This document shows, piece after piece, positions 1 to 8,970 of a DNA stretch of 20,000 nucleotides. Position numbers and translations under genes: made by a program. This DNA is from an uncultured virus (IMG/VR IMGVR_UViG_3300028920_000066). Its lineage: Duplodnaviria; Heunggongvirae; Uroviricota; Caudoviricetes. Position 1 is the stretch's first letter; every line of letters starts with the position of its first letter. The DNA lies in IMG/VR virus record IMGVR_UViG_3300028920_000066, one strand, 5' to 3'. The notes under the pieces were generated by a model. That model saw only the letters and a program-made list of their open reading frames with translations. It made no database searches and was not told the origin of the DNA.

Positions 1-2083
1 CTATTTTATCATAATATTGTTCCGTAGCCAGTATATAAGGATAATCGCCTAAAAAGTTACCCACACTTAACCCTTGACCAACAAGCGTTATTCCTGTTTG
101 GTCAGCAGATGAACGGAAAAATCTTTCCATTTTAAGTTTATAACTTTTATACCATAAATATTTATCATCAAAAAATACTAAATCTTTACTTTTGGTTTCA
201 TCTCTAACTTGATTTTTAAGTTTATTTATTTGTGCTTTTGTTTCTGGGTCTGAATAAGTAAGTTCTATAAGGTCAATTACAGACGGCATAGTTTTAAAAA
301 TAGGAACGTTTTTAAACCAACCACCGTCTATAAGTATTTGTTTAAAAGCATTTCTTCTTTCTGCTTTTTTATTTTCATATTCTGTAGGTGAAACATTTCT
401 TAAACTTTTATCTTGAAAGTCTTCAATATAACCATAAGGGTGATATATATTATATAAATCGTCTAATACTCTATTTAAAGTATCAGAATCACCTAATTCA
501 GATAAATTAAGTAATTTTATATCTCTTATAAAAGCAAAGTCTAAATCATATATAATATAAGTTCCATAAGAATATGCTTTCGATATTGTGGTTAAATATC
601 CCATAATACCCTTATTAGAAACTATTCTTTTTCCACTTATTAAATCTTCAATTTCATCTCCCATAGTGCCTAAACTTTTTAAATCAGGTAAATCTATATA
701 ATATAATCTACCTAATTCAAATTTAAGTTTTTCTATTGGCAGGTCAGATTTAATAGAAATTCTTAATACCCTTGAGCCATTATTTATTTTATGATTATAT
801 AACATAGCTAATATTCTTGCAGTTTTAGGAGCTATAGCATTAGGATTATTTCTTGCCCCCTCGTATCTAAATCCAAATTTTACCAATGCTGGAATATCTT
901 CATAAAACTGAGGAGGTATACTTTCAATTACTCCGACATAGGGCCACGTAAAAAATGCGTCACTTCTGGTTTCTATACTGGTATTATCTGCTACATAACT
1001 ATAATCTTGTATCTTATCTCTGGATATTACATATTCTGATTCTTGTTTAAATTGAGATACATCTGGGTCAGGATTAAAATCTTCTAACGGAAAATAATTA
1101 TATAATGGAGGTCTAACTACCAGCGTTCCATTATAATCAACAAACATATCATACATAGCGTTTTGAATAATGTTTTCAAAAACCTCACGTGTGGTTTTAA
1201 GTGTAGGCAAAATAACAGGCATAGAAGCTTTTACTTTTTCGTTATATGTTTTATGTTTACCGTTTGTTATTCTACACAGTCTTAAATCTTCATTATAAAA
1301 AGGTTTATAAACATTTTCGTTATACAAATACAACAAATACATCATAGGAAACATAATATTAAAAGATTCAAATGTTTCATATTGAGCTGGGTCTAATATA
1401 TACTCTATAGTTTTTGACTGGTCATTATCTATTTTACATTTATATAATCCACTCATTATCGTTTCTATTATCTCAAAAGTATTTTGATTGTTAAAAATAT
1501 CTTGAAAAGGTGTTGCGTCTTTAAATATTAAGTCTTTACCTTTAATGCCATAATCTGCAAGACTTCTATCTGAAGATATTTTAGCCAAAGCATAAATTTT
1601 ACCTACATTTACAAGTGTTATTTTTTGAACTGAAAATTCATTATATTTAATACCATCTTCTATATTAGATACGAAACCTAAAAATATTACTTGGTTTTCT
1701 TCCATTATTTCTATTAAATCATTTTCTTGAATCTCAAATTCGCCTTGTTTTATTTCTAAAGAAGCTACGTCTGTTATATTATTAAGCTGTAATTTAAGAG
1801 TATAATTTGTATAATAATCTGATAAATCAAATGTCAACAATTCAAAAGCTGTATCATTTATATTTTTTAATATAGAGTCAAGTTTAGTTTCATAAAATTT
1901 TATATATTCTCCGTCATTTTTATCTATAAGATTACGCCAAAAAAAATCTGACCTTGAATCAAGTTCTTGTCTAAAATCATAATCTAATACATATGTTAAA
2001 TTTAAATCTTGATTAGTATTTGCTGTAGACGAACCTACGATTCCTAATCTATATAATGTTATTTTAAAAGACGTGTCTGCCAT
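1..2083 (-). CDS. Putative baseplate hub protein (T4 gp27/P2 gpD/Mu gp44-like), 3'-truncated at the window edge
   Basis: Not in the ORF track, consistent with having no stop in the window. ATG at 2083 follows a purine-rich RBS (AAGGAAAGAG). Translated segments read MADTSFKITLYRLG...ENDLIEIMEENQVIFLGFVSNI...REVFENIIQNAMYDMFVDYNGTLVVRPPLYN...ALVKFGFR, and the same frame is open at base 1. The 'F-D-G-L--RPP-YN' and 'KFGFR' segments and the position after tape measure and tube initiator fit a hub protein. Confidence 0.65.
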   Translation of the reverse strand, partial: MADTSFKITLYRLGIVGSSTANTNQDLNLTYVLDYDFRQELDSRSDFFWRNLIDKNDGEYIKFYETKLDSILKNINDTAFELLTFDLSDYYTNYTLKLQLNNITDVASLEIKQGEFEIQENDLIEIMEENQVIFLGFVSNIEDGIKYNEFSVQKITLVNVGKIYALAKISSDRSLADYGIKGKDLIFKDATPFQDIFNNQNTFEIIETIMSGLYKCKIDNDQSKTIEYILDPAQYETFESFNIMFPMMYLLYLYNENVYKPFYNEDLRLCRITNGKHKTYNEKVKASMPVILPTLKTTREVFENIIQNAMYDMFVDYNGTLVVRPPLYNYFPLEDFNPDPDVSQFKQESEYVISRDKIQDYSYVADNTSIETRSDAFFTWPYVGVIESIPPQFYEDIPALVKFGFRYEGARNNPNAIAPKTARILAMLYNHKINNGSRVLRISIKSDLPIEKLKFELGRLYYIDLPDLKSLGTMGDEIEDLISGKRIVSNKGIMGYLTTISKAYSYGTYIIYDLDFAFIRDIKLLNLSELGDSDTLNRVLDDLYNIYHPYGYIEDFQDKSLRNVSPTEYENKKAERRNAFKQILIDGGWFKNVPIFKTMPSVIDLIELTYSDPETKAQINKLKNQVRDETKSKDLVFFDDKYLWYKSYKLKMERFFRSSADQTGITLVGQGLSVGNFLGDYPYILATEQYYDKI

Positions 2084-2101
2084 TCTTTCTCTCTTTCCTT
2101 A

Positions 2102-2836
2102 TTAAGGTTTTTTATCAACTATTTTGCCTGTTTCTGTTGCTGTTGTTGAGCCCTTTACACTATCAGATTGTGTTTTATATTTTTTTGCGTCTGCTCTTTT
2201 TTCATCATTAATAGGCTTACCAATAAATTTTAAATCAAAAGCATATGTATCAGGAAGCTTTGCGTTCTCACTAAAATTAAAAGACGTAATAACACCTTGA
2301 AAATTGTCCAGACCCTGAAGACCGTTCTCTACTACCATACGAAATCTTGGCTTTTTAAAATAATTATAATTAACTTCTGACAAATATTCTTGTATTTTTT
2401 TATATATATCAAGAACTATATTATCAGAACCTAAAAAAGCGTTAGCAGATATTACGGATACTCCTTTTAAAGATATTGATACAGGTTTTATATACCAGTT
2501 AATTAAATCTGCATTAGTTAATCCAGTAAACATAGCATTACCTACTTCAAAATTATAACTTATTTCCTCAACATAAAACCTTATTTGGTCTGATAGATTT
2601 TCTTCATTAGACACAACAGTATCTGTTACATAAGTAGGTTGTCTTAATCCTTGCCTATATTGGTCATATTTTAAATTATATTCCTTTAAATCATCTTGAT
2701 ATTCTGGAGAATCCGTTCCCCCCTCATAATCAGAAGCATTAGGCTTTTGAGGTTTAGTTGTTTTCTCTGGAACGTTCTTTGAAAAAACAGAATTAAGAAC
2801 ATATCTAAGTGTTATATATTTATTTCTTTGTATCAT
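2102..2836 (-). CDS. Putative tail tube initiator / baseplate protein (tube-like fold)
   Basis: 244 aa with a GGAGG RBS. It lies directly after the tape measure gene. The 'PVSISLKG...FQGVITSFNFSE....TYAFDLKF' pattern resembles tube-initiator (P2 gpU-type) proteins. Confidence 0.55.
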   Translation of the reverse strand: MIQRNKYITLRYVLNSVFSKNVPEKTTKPQKPNASDYEGGTDSPEYQDDLKEYNLKYDQYRQGLRQPTYVTDTVVSNEENLSDQIRFYVEEISYNFEVGNAMFTGLTNADLINWYIKPVSISLKGVSVISANAFLGSDNIVLDIYKKIQEYLSEVNYNYFKKPRFRMVVENGLQGLDNFQGVITSFNFSENAKLPDTYAFDLKFIGKPINDEKRADAKKYKTQSDSVKGSTTATETGKIVDKKP

Positions 2837-2841
2837 TTATT

Positions 2842-4602
2842 TTATCCTCCAGGTGCTCCATATGTTGATTTTGACGCTGTTGCTGGAACTTTATTTGTAG
2901 CAGTTAAAGAGCTTCTTAGGTCTTTCAAACTTTTCTTTGCCTCATCACTTCCTTTCCAATTAACAAGAACAGCCGCCATCTCTACTATAACATTCAACAT
3001 CTTCTTTAATGTTCCTGCTATAATTTCATCTATATTATTACCTACAGCCATTTCTACACCTATTTGACTCATAACATCTCCCTCTCCACCAAAAACTTCC
3101 ATCATTTGCTTCATCTGTTCTTCTCTTGATTTACCTAACAATTCTTCAGGTTTAAATTTACCAAAGGTTACAGCGTCTATAAGTTTCATTTGCATAGCTT
3201 CGCCCATACCTGCTGTTACACCCATTTGTTGCAACATCATTTGGGCATAAGCTTTATTACCTTTAGTAACGTCTTTAACTTTATTAATAATAGCTATATT
3301 TTTAGCCAAAGGAGAAGTTTCTATGGCTGACATATAATCAGAAGTAAATCCTTTACCACTCGGACCTTTTAACGCCATATAAGTAAATGTATTAGCAGAT
3401 TTTGTAAGACCATTAACACCCTTAATAACTTCAGCTACTTCTCTATCTGTCATACCTACAGCGTCAGCAAATGCTCTTACATTCTTAATCAATGGCATAA
3501 AATGACGTGCCATTTCGTCTACATCTCTTCCTGTTCCAAGCATAGCTTCACCCATATTATCAAACATTTCCATTATCAATGGTGTTCCAACCCTTGCTAT
3601 ACTTGACATTTTACTTATTCCAGCACCTAATGTTTTTATACCGTCAACAGAACTTAACTTCCATTTTACAGCTATACCTGTAAGTTTTTGTGTTGCTTCA
3701 GCAGAACCCGTTAAAGCCCAAGACATTTTAGCAAGTTGAAGAGTAAGTGTTTGTGAGTGATTAATAGCCATTATTGTTGTTGCTTGTGTTACTTGAGTAA
3801 TGCCTTGTTGTTTTATTGCCATATATCCCAAAGAGGTTATATGTTCTTGTTGTGCTTGTTTATAAAGAGCCATAGCTTGGTCTGTAGTTATCCAAGCATT
3901 TTTTAATTCTGTTAAACTATATAAAGATTTAGTAGCTTCCATACCCATAGCTTTAAATCCCTCTTTAGTCATATTCATTCCACCACCAGCAGACATCAAA
4001 GCAGGAGTAATATTAGCCATTCTCTGATACATAATACCAGCCGCCTGAGAAGCCAATTTAATAGCTAAAGCTACTGCACCAACAATACCACCTAATTTTA
4101 TAAGTTGTGGCATTATTTTTCCAGAAGCTTCTTTTCCAATAACTTTTGTCATACCCTCAGCCATTTCCAATGACATTTTTTTGTATCTGGCTTTCACCAT
4201 ACTTAACATACCTTTTTCTTCTGCTTCTACTATTTCCCTTTTGGCTTTTGACATATGAAGCTCAAACAATTGTCTGCGTATAAAAGATTTTCTTAATGCT
4301 GAATCTGTTCCTGTTTGAACTGCATATAATTTTTCAAATCCCTCAATCATATTATTTGTAGATTTATTAGCTACTTTTAATTCTGCTGACGCTAATTCTT
4401 CAAAGTTTTTATTAAGAGTATGAATAGAGGCTTCACCCTTATTAAGCTTTTCAAAATTTATTCCCACCTTTTCAAAAGCAAGAGCTATCTTCTGAGCATC
4501 TTTAACTTTTAATCCCTTGAACATACCACGAACTAAAGCCGCGGCTTGTTGGGCTTCTTTTAACTCTTTTTCTGACATTCCTTTTTGGTCTTCGTTAGCC
4601 AT
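2842..4602 (-). CDS. Tail tape measure protein
   Basis: 586 aa, Ala/Met/Lys/Gly-rich and helical-looking, with a hydrophobic stretch LGGIVGAVALAIKLA. It lies immediately downstream of the tail assembly chaperone and has a GAGG RBS. Confidence 0.8.
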   Translation of the reverse strand: MANEDQKGMSEKELKEAQQAAALVRGMFKGLKVKDAQKIALAFEKVGINFEKLNKGEASIHTLNKNFEELASAELKVANKSTNNMIEGFEKLYAVQTGTDSALRKSFIRRQLFELHMSKAKREIVEAEEKGMLSMVKARYKKMSLEMAEGMTKVIGKEASGKIMPQLIKLGGIVGAVALAIKLASQAAGIMYQRMANITPALMSAGGGMNMTKEGFKAMGMEATKSLYSLTELKNAWITTDQAMALYKQAQQEHITSLGYMAIKQQGITQVTQATTIMAINHSQTLTLQLAKMSWALTGSAEATQKLTGIAVKWKLSSVDGIKTLGAGISKMSSIARVGTPLIMEMFDNMGEAMLGTGRDVDEMARHFMPLIKNVRAFADAVGMTDREVAEVIKGVNGLTKSANTFTYMALKGPSGKGFTSDYMSAIETSPLAKNIAIINKVKDVTKGNKAYAQMMLQQMGVTAGMGEAMQMKLIDAVTFGKFKPEELLGKSREEQMKQMMEVFGGEGDVMSQIGVEMAVGNNIDEIIAGTLKKMLNVIVEMAAVLVNWKGSDEAKKSLKDLRSSLTATNKVPATASKSTYGAPGG

Positions 4603-4604
4603 AT

Positions 4605-4865
4605 TTACCTCTTATTTTTCTTTCTACTTTGAGCCATAGCCATTAACTCTTCAAAACTTATATCTCCAGCGTCATATTCAACACTCTTATCTCCAATAGC
4701 GTCTTTCATAGCTTTTTCTTCTAACTCAATATCATATTCCATATTACCAACACACCAAGCTATTTGTGACGGAGTGAGTTTAAGCAGTTCTGGGTCATTA
4801 GGCAACTTGTGTAAGTTTTTACAAATCAGCCAAAAAGTTCTACTGTATCTATCTTTTATTGTGCT
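4605..4865 (-). CDS. C-terminal extension of the tail assembly chaperone (lambda gpGT-like), expressed by -1 frameshift
   Basis: The -1 frame is open from the A9 run (4865-4873) to the stop at 4605 and reads STIKDRYSRTFWLICKNLHKLPNDPELLKLTPSQIAWC.... The track's TTG start at 4805 has no RBS. Confidence 0.75.
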   Translation of the reverse strand, partial: STIKDRYSRTFWLICKNLHKLPNDPELLKLTPSQIAWCVGNMEYDIELEEKAMKDAIGDKSVEYDAGDISFEELMAMAQSRKKNKR

Positions 4866-5284
4866 TTTTTTTTAACCTGAGAGAACTTTTTAGAAACCTC
4901 ATTTTCATACTGTGTGATAAGACCAGAAATAACACCCTCACCAAGTCCTTTTAATAAATCTTCTATTTCTTCAGACTTTTTGGCAGGAAAAGTCTTACCT
5001 TTAACAGTAGCACTTACTAAAGCTTTAGAAATTTTTAACACGTTAAGAGTATTGGTATAGACATTTGGAGAACCTGTAATAAGAACACCACGTTTTTCCA
5101 TTTCGTTGTCTATATCTTCTAAATCTTTCTGTGTCAATTCTCTTAGGGTGAACTCTACGTCTTTGTTAATTTGCAAAGTAAACTCCATATTTCCTGAAAT
5201 AAGTCTTCTTAATTCAGTAATATTAAGTTCTGTTCCTAACTCTTCACCCTGTCCGTTCACGTCTACTTCAATTTTCTTCTCCAT
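4856..5284 (-). CDS. Tail assembly chaperone (lambda gpG-like)
   Basis: 142 aa, acidic, with an 'FTLRELT' motif and an AGGAG RBS. It lies between tube and tape measure genes and ends in a slippery GTT AAA AAA AAA GCA sequence. Confidence 0.8.
   Translation of the reverse strand: MEKKIEVDVNGQGEELGTELNITELRRLISGNMEFTLQINKDVEFTLRELTQKDLEDIDNEMEKRGVLITGSPNVYTNTLNVLKISKALVSATVKGKTFPAKKSEEIEDLLKGLGEGVISGLITQYENEVSKKFSQVKKKAQ
4865..4873 (-). other. Programmed -1 ribosomal frameshift slippery site (A9)
   Basis: The minus strand reads GTT AAA AAA AAA GCA CAA TAA. The -1 frame has TAA just upstream and is open for 86 codons downstream. Confidence 0.75.
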
Positions 5285-5299
5285 TTCCTATCTCCTCCT

Positions 5300-5953
5300 T
5301 TAAAAGTTTATATCTAAATCAAATGTGTTTCCAGCATTTGGCAATTCTACCCCCAAAGAACTTAAAGCTTCAGCACCTAAATTTACTCCCGTCTGAATAA
5401 TATCAATAGGGGCAAATGTTCTTGCAACGTCTATATTAAGTTTTGATATAAGAAGCAAATTACCGTCCATATCATAAGCAACATTGTCACTTTTAATCCA
5501 GCAATCCAAGTGTATTATGCTTTTAATTTCCCCGTCAGGAGCTTCCATAAGTTCTACTATCATCATAGGAGCTGTTTGTTTAATTGCTCCCCCATAATTT
5601 ATAGACAAAACGCTATCAAAAAGATTATTGTCTTTATAAAATTGAACCTTATCTAAAGTTAAAGCTATATCAATTTTTCCTGGTATCTTTTGAACTGTTT
5701 CATAATTACCAAGAATACGCTTTTCTGAAATATCTCTGGAATATGTTTTGCTAACTGATTTTACTCCACCAATAAGAGTTCCAGAATTTCCTAATGCTTG
5801 ACTTAATACCGTAGAATAAAAATCAGTATAAGCTCTACCTACGGTGCTTACAAGCGAAGAAAAAATTTGAGGATAAATGTAACCACCAAAATCAATTGAC
5901 TGGCTTACTCTCCCCTGTGTGTGGGGAATGGAGTGTGTTTTCTTGACTGCCAT
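5300..5953 (-). CDS. Tail tube-like protein 2 (paralog)
   Basis: 217 aa. 'IGGVKSVS...R.....RILG...Q.IPG....LTLDKVQFY...DCWIKS' is a contractile-tube pattern. It aligns by eye with the neighbouring tube gene. Confidence 0.7.
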   Translation of the reverse strand: MAVKKTHSIPHTQGRVSQSIDFGGYIYPQIFSSLVSTVGRAYTDFYSTVLSQALGNSGTLIGGVKSVSKTYSRDISEKRILGNYETVQKIPGKIDIALTLDKVQFYKDNNLFDSVLSINYGGAIKQTAPMMIVELMEAPDGEIKSIIHLDCWIKSDNVAYDMDGNLLLISKLNIDVARTFAPIDIIQTGVNLGAEALSSLGVELPNAGNTFDLDINF

Positions 5954-5978
5954 CTCTGTATCCTTTTCAAGTTATTTA

Positions 5979-6506
5979 TTAGCCAACACCCTCGATAATT
6001 CCTGCCGTGTTGATATTTAAAGACTGAGCTAATAATAAATCACCAGGTGCCGCTTCAAATTCATAAGGGTTATTTTGAATCCAACTACCCCAGAATGTCC
6101 AAGTTCTTTGAATTACATCATCAGGAGCAAGTAATTGTAATTGTATAATCTGTGGCTTGTCCTGATAACCAACATCAGCCGCTCCAAATCCTAACGTTTC
6201 AAAAAATGTTTCTTTATATAATACAACCGTGTCTAAAGTAAGTTTATAGGTAGGTAATCCTGGATAAGTTTCTTTTACTGTTCCAGGTGCTGTTCTGTTA
6301 AAAACCCTATATTGACCTCCACCCTCTCTGTCGTTAGTATAAGTAAATTTTGTAACACTACCCACTTCTACTAAGGGCTGTGATAAAATATCTGCCGCTG
6401 TAAAATCCTTTGTCCCGTCATAGCCATTAGGGGTCATAAGAATTGCTATATACGGTTTTAACCTTACTCCTGTATACGGAACTGAGTAATCTTTTTTTAC
6501 TGCCAT
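5979..6506 (-). CDS. Tail tube protein
   Basis: 175 aa directly after the sheath, with a strong AGGAGG RBS. Contains 'VGSVTKF...R...ETYPG...LTLDTVVLY...WTFWGSWI'. Confidence 0.8.
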   Translation of the reverse strand: MAVKKDYSVPYTGVRLKPYIAILMTPNGYDGTKDFTAADILSQPLVEVGSVTKFTYTNDREGGGQYRVFNRTAPGTVKETYPGLPTYKLTLDTVVLYKETFFETLGFGAADVGYQDKPQIIQLQLLAPDDVIQRTWTFWGSWIQNNPYEFEAAPGDLLLAQSLNINTAGIIEGVG

Positions 6507-6527
6507 TTTGTATTACCTCCTATTGTT

Positions 6528-8675
6528 TTATTGCTGTATTGTAGCCCCAAAAGTTACAGATATCCAGTTCAGGTCAAACGTAGGTCTGAACAAGAACCTT
6601 ATATCTAATTGTCTTGGGTCATTTTCATTAAATTGAATTTCAACGTTCTGATATCCAGCAATAGTCCCTGTATTAACTTTTTCAGTTAATATCAAGTTTA
6701 TAAAGCTGTCAGCAATCGCAAGTATATTCTTACCATTGTTTATTATCCTTACATTGATAAGTGTTGAAGAAAGAGTTCCTCTTAATGTCTTTTTAAGGTC
6801 GTCTATCTGTTTGATTACTTTTAATTCACTATCAATAATATCGTCTACCTTAGTTGAAAGATAATGAATTATTTTATAATCAACACCTTGCTTTTCAGTC
6901 ACGATAGCACCGTTGCCACCAAGAGTTCTTTTTTCTTGTCTTAAATATGGGTCATCAATATAATCAAATAATAATGTTTTACCACTTATTGGCTCACCAG
7001 CGTCATAGTTTGGATTAGTTATTAACCCAGCTATAGCTGAAGCTATATAGCTTCCGTCTAATTGCCCAAGTCCTGTTATTCTTGCATATGGGCTTGATAC
7101 AACGCCAACTCTTGCGTCTTTAATTCCTGTTGTAAGATTAACAACATCTTGGAAGTCGGTTATTGAGGCTTTTACGCCAAATAGAGCCATTCTTTCTTGT
7201 TTAGTGGTTACTCCATTCATTTCATTAAGATAAGATTTTATGTAGCTTACAATTGAATCATTTTCATCTACACCTTTCATATATACCATACACCATCCCT
7301 GAAATCCATTTACCAATTCTTTTGTATTATCAATAGCTTTTCTCATATTGTTGTCGTCAACAATGTCTTCTTCACTTTGGCTACCCATAAAAAGAGTTGC
7401 ACCGTGATTTTGAGCTATTGTTGAAGCTATTGAAATTTCAGATTCAGGTCCGTTTTTAATTGAAATGTCAGAAGTTTCATCAAGAACTTCTGAAAGAACT
7501 GGTGCTACGGTAACATCATTTGTGTCATCGTCAATAGCCATTATTACTCTTATTTGACCCTCTCCCGTTCCACCTGTTACTTTAATGTAATTCCCTGCCG
7601 ATAAACCTGAAAGGTCTGTCTTAGGTAAAATGTCAAATGTTGAGGTAGCGTCTGGGGCGGTTGCCAATGCAGGAGATACTGTAATATTATCTCCAGTATC
7701 GTCTACGTCTGTAACAATACTTGTTTCACCAGAACCTGTTCCAGCAGTTCCAACATAATAATCACCAACATTTATATCCGACAAGTCAGGAGAACCAGTA
7801 ACATTAACAACAGTTGTTGTTGAAGTTCCAGTAGCTGTTCCTGAAAAAGTTGGGGTTGCTGATGAAGGACCTACTTTAATATTAGTTGTTGTGTTGCCAA
7901 AACTATAAGCTTTCCCTGAAACTATTTCTGTTGGAATAGCATATGCACCATACTCAGCGTAAACGTCTTCAAGTCTTGAGAAAAGCTTAGGAACATATTC
8001 AGAAGAAAGTTTTAACCTTTTGTATACAATTGTATATGTTTGACCCTCTGCTGGTTCTTTACTTATTATTTTCTGACCTTGAACATAACCTAAATCAGCT
8101 AATGAAGAACCACCCTCAATTATAACCAAGTCACCAGTAATTTTAATATATTCTTCTGAACCTACAGTTTCTTTTGTTACAGGAGTATCTGTTGTTCCTG
8201 ACGCAGTTTGATAATCTGCATTTATCTGGTCAATTACACCAGAACCACCGTCTATAACTATAGGGTCTGTTCCTGTAAATGTGACAGTAAATGTTGTTGA
8301 ATCAATATTTAATTTTAAAGTTTTACCGTTCACGTTATATCCTGAACTTCCATCTGCTGTATTAAGCAGGTCTTGTGGCTGATTCCAATCAACGTAATAA
8401 GCTCCTCCACTTTCTATAAGCTTATAATCCACGTCCTTTGTATAAATAATATTGTTTGAGTCGCTGATACTCAAAATTTTAACAACAGTATATTCATCTG
8501 TTATTAAATCTGTATCAAGATTTGTCCTTTCAATTCCTGCTGATATATCGTATTCCTTTCTTCCCAGACCAACAAAGATAGGAATAAATGTCCCTCCTGT
8601 TACATTAGGTGCTGGAACGTTCTCTATCTTAATATAAACTCCTGGTTCAACATACTGGTTTGTGAAACTTGGCAT
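6528..8675 (-). CDS. Contractile tail sheath protein
   Basis: 715 aa with the N-terminal 'Y.EPGVYI' sheath signature and the C-terminal 'DPRQLDIRFLFRPTFDLNWISVTF'. AGGAGG RBS. Confidence 0.92.
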   Translation of the reverse strand: MPSFTNQYVEPGVYIKIENVPAPNVTGGTFIPIFVGLGRKEYDISAGIERTNLDTDLITDEYTVVKILSISDSNNIIYTKDVDYKLIESGGAYYVDWNQPQDLLNTADGSSGYNVNGKTLKLNIDSTTFTVTFTGTDPIVIDGGSGVIDQINADYQTASGTTDTPVTKETVGSEEYIKITGDLVIIEGGSSLADLGYVQGQKIISKEPAEGQTYTIVYKRLKLSSEYVPKLFSRLEDVYAEYGAYAIPTEIVSGKAYSFGNTTTNIKVGPSSATPTFSGTATGTSTTTVVNVTGSPDLSDINVGDYYVGTAGTGSGETSIVTDVDDTGDNITVSPALATAPDATSTFDILPKTDLSGLSAGNYIKVTGGTGEGQIRVIMAIDDDTNDVTVAPVLSEVLDETSDISIKNGPESEISIASTIAQNHGATLFMGSQSEEDIVDDNNMRKAIDNTKELVNGFQGWCMVYMKGVDENDSIVSYIKSYLNEMNGVTTKQERMALFGVKASITDFQDVVNLTTGIKDARVGVVSSPYARITGLGQLDGSYIASAIAGLITNPNYDAGEPISGKTLLFDYIDDPYLRQEKRTLGGNGAIVTEKQGVDYKIIHYLSTKVDDIIDSELKVIKQIDDLKKTLRGTLSSTLINVRIINNGKNILAIADSFINLILTEKVNTGTIAGYQNVEIQFNENDPRQLDIRFLFRPTFDLNWISVTFGATIQQ

Positions 8676-8694
8676 TTTTTATTACCTCCTAATT

Positions 8695-8961
8695 TTATAT
8701 TTCCTCTTCTGGAATTAGTGTATCTTGCTTATCTTCTTCTTTTTCTTCCTGTTTTTTCTTTTTGCTACGTTTAGTTTTGTTTTTTTGTATCTTAGGCATA
8801 ACTTTAAGTTCTTCTTCTATTTGTTTTGATTTAACTACTTTGTTTTGTATAAGTCTTATTATTACATCGTCTAATTCTTTTACTACAATAAACTGTTTAT
8901 ACTTTAAAGATTTACCTTTTACTGTAATCTGTCCAAATGTTTCATTTGTTATCTTAAACAT
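8695..8961 (-). CDS. Small hypothetical protein upstream of the sheath, with a Lys-rich then acidic C-terminus
   Basis: 88 aa ORF with an AGGAG RBS, tightly packed in the operon. Confidence 0.6.
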   Translation of the reverse strand: MFKITNETFGQITVKGKSLKYKQFIVVKELDDVIIRLIQNKVVKSKQIEEELKVMPKIQKNKTKRSKKKKQEEKEEDKQDTLIPEEEI

Positions 8962-8970
8962 TTTAACTCC

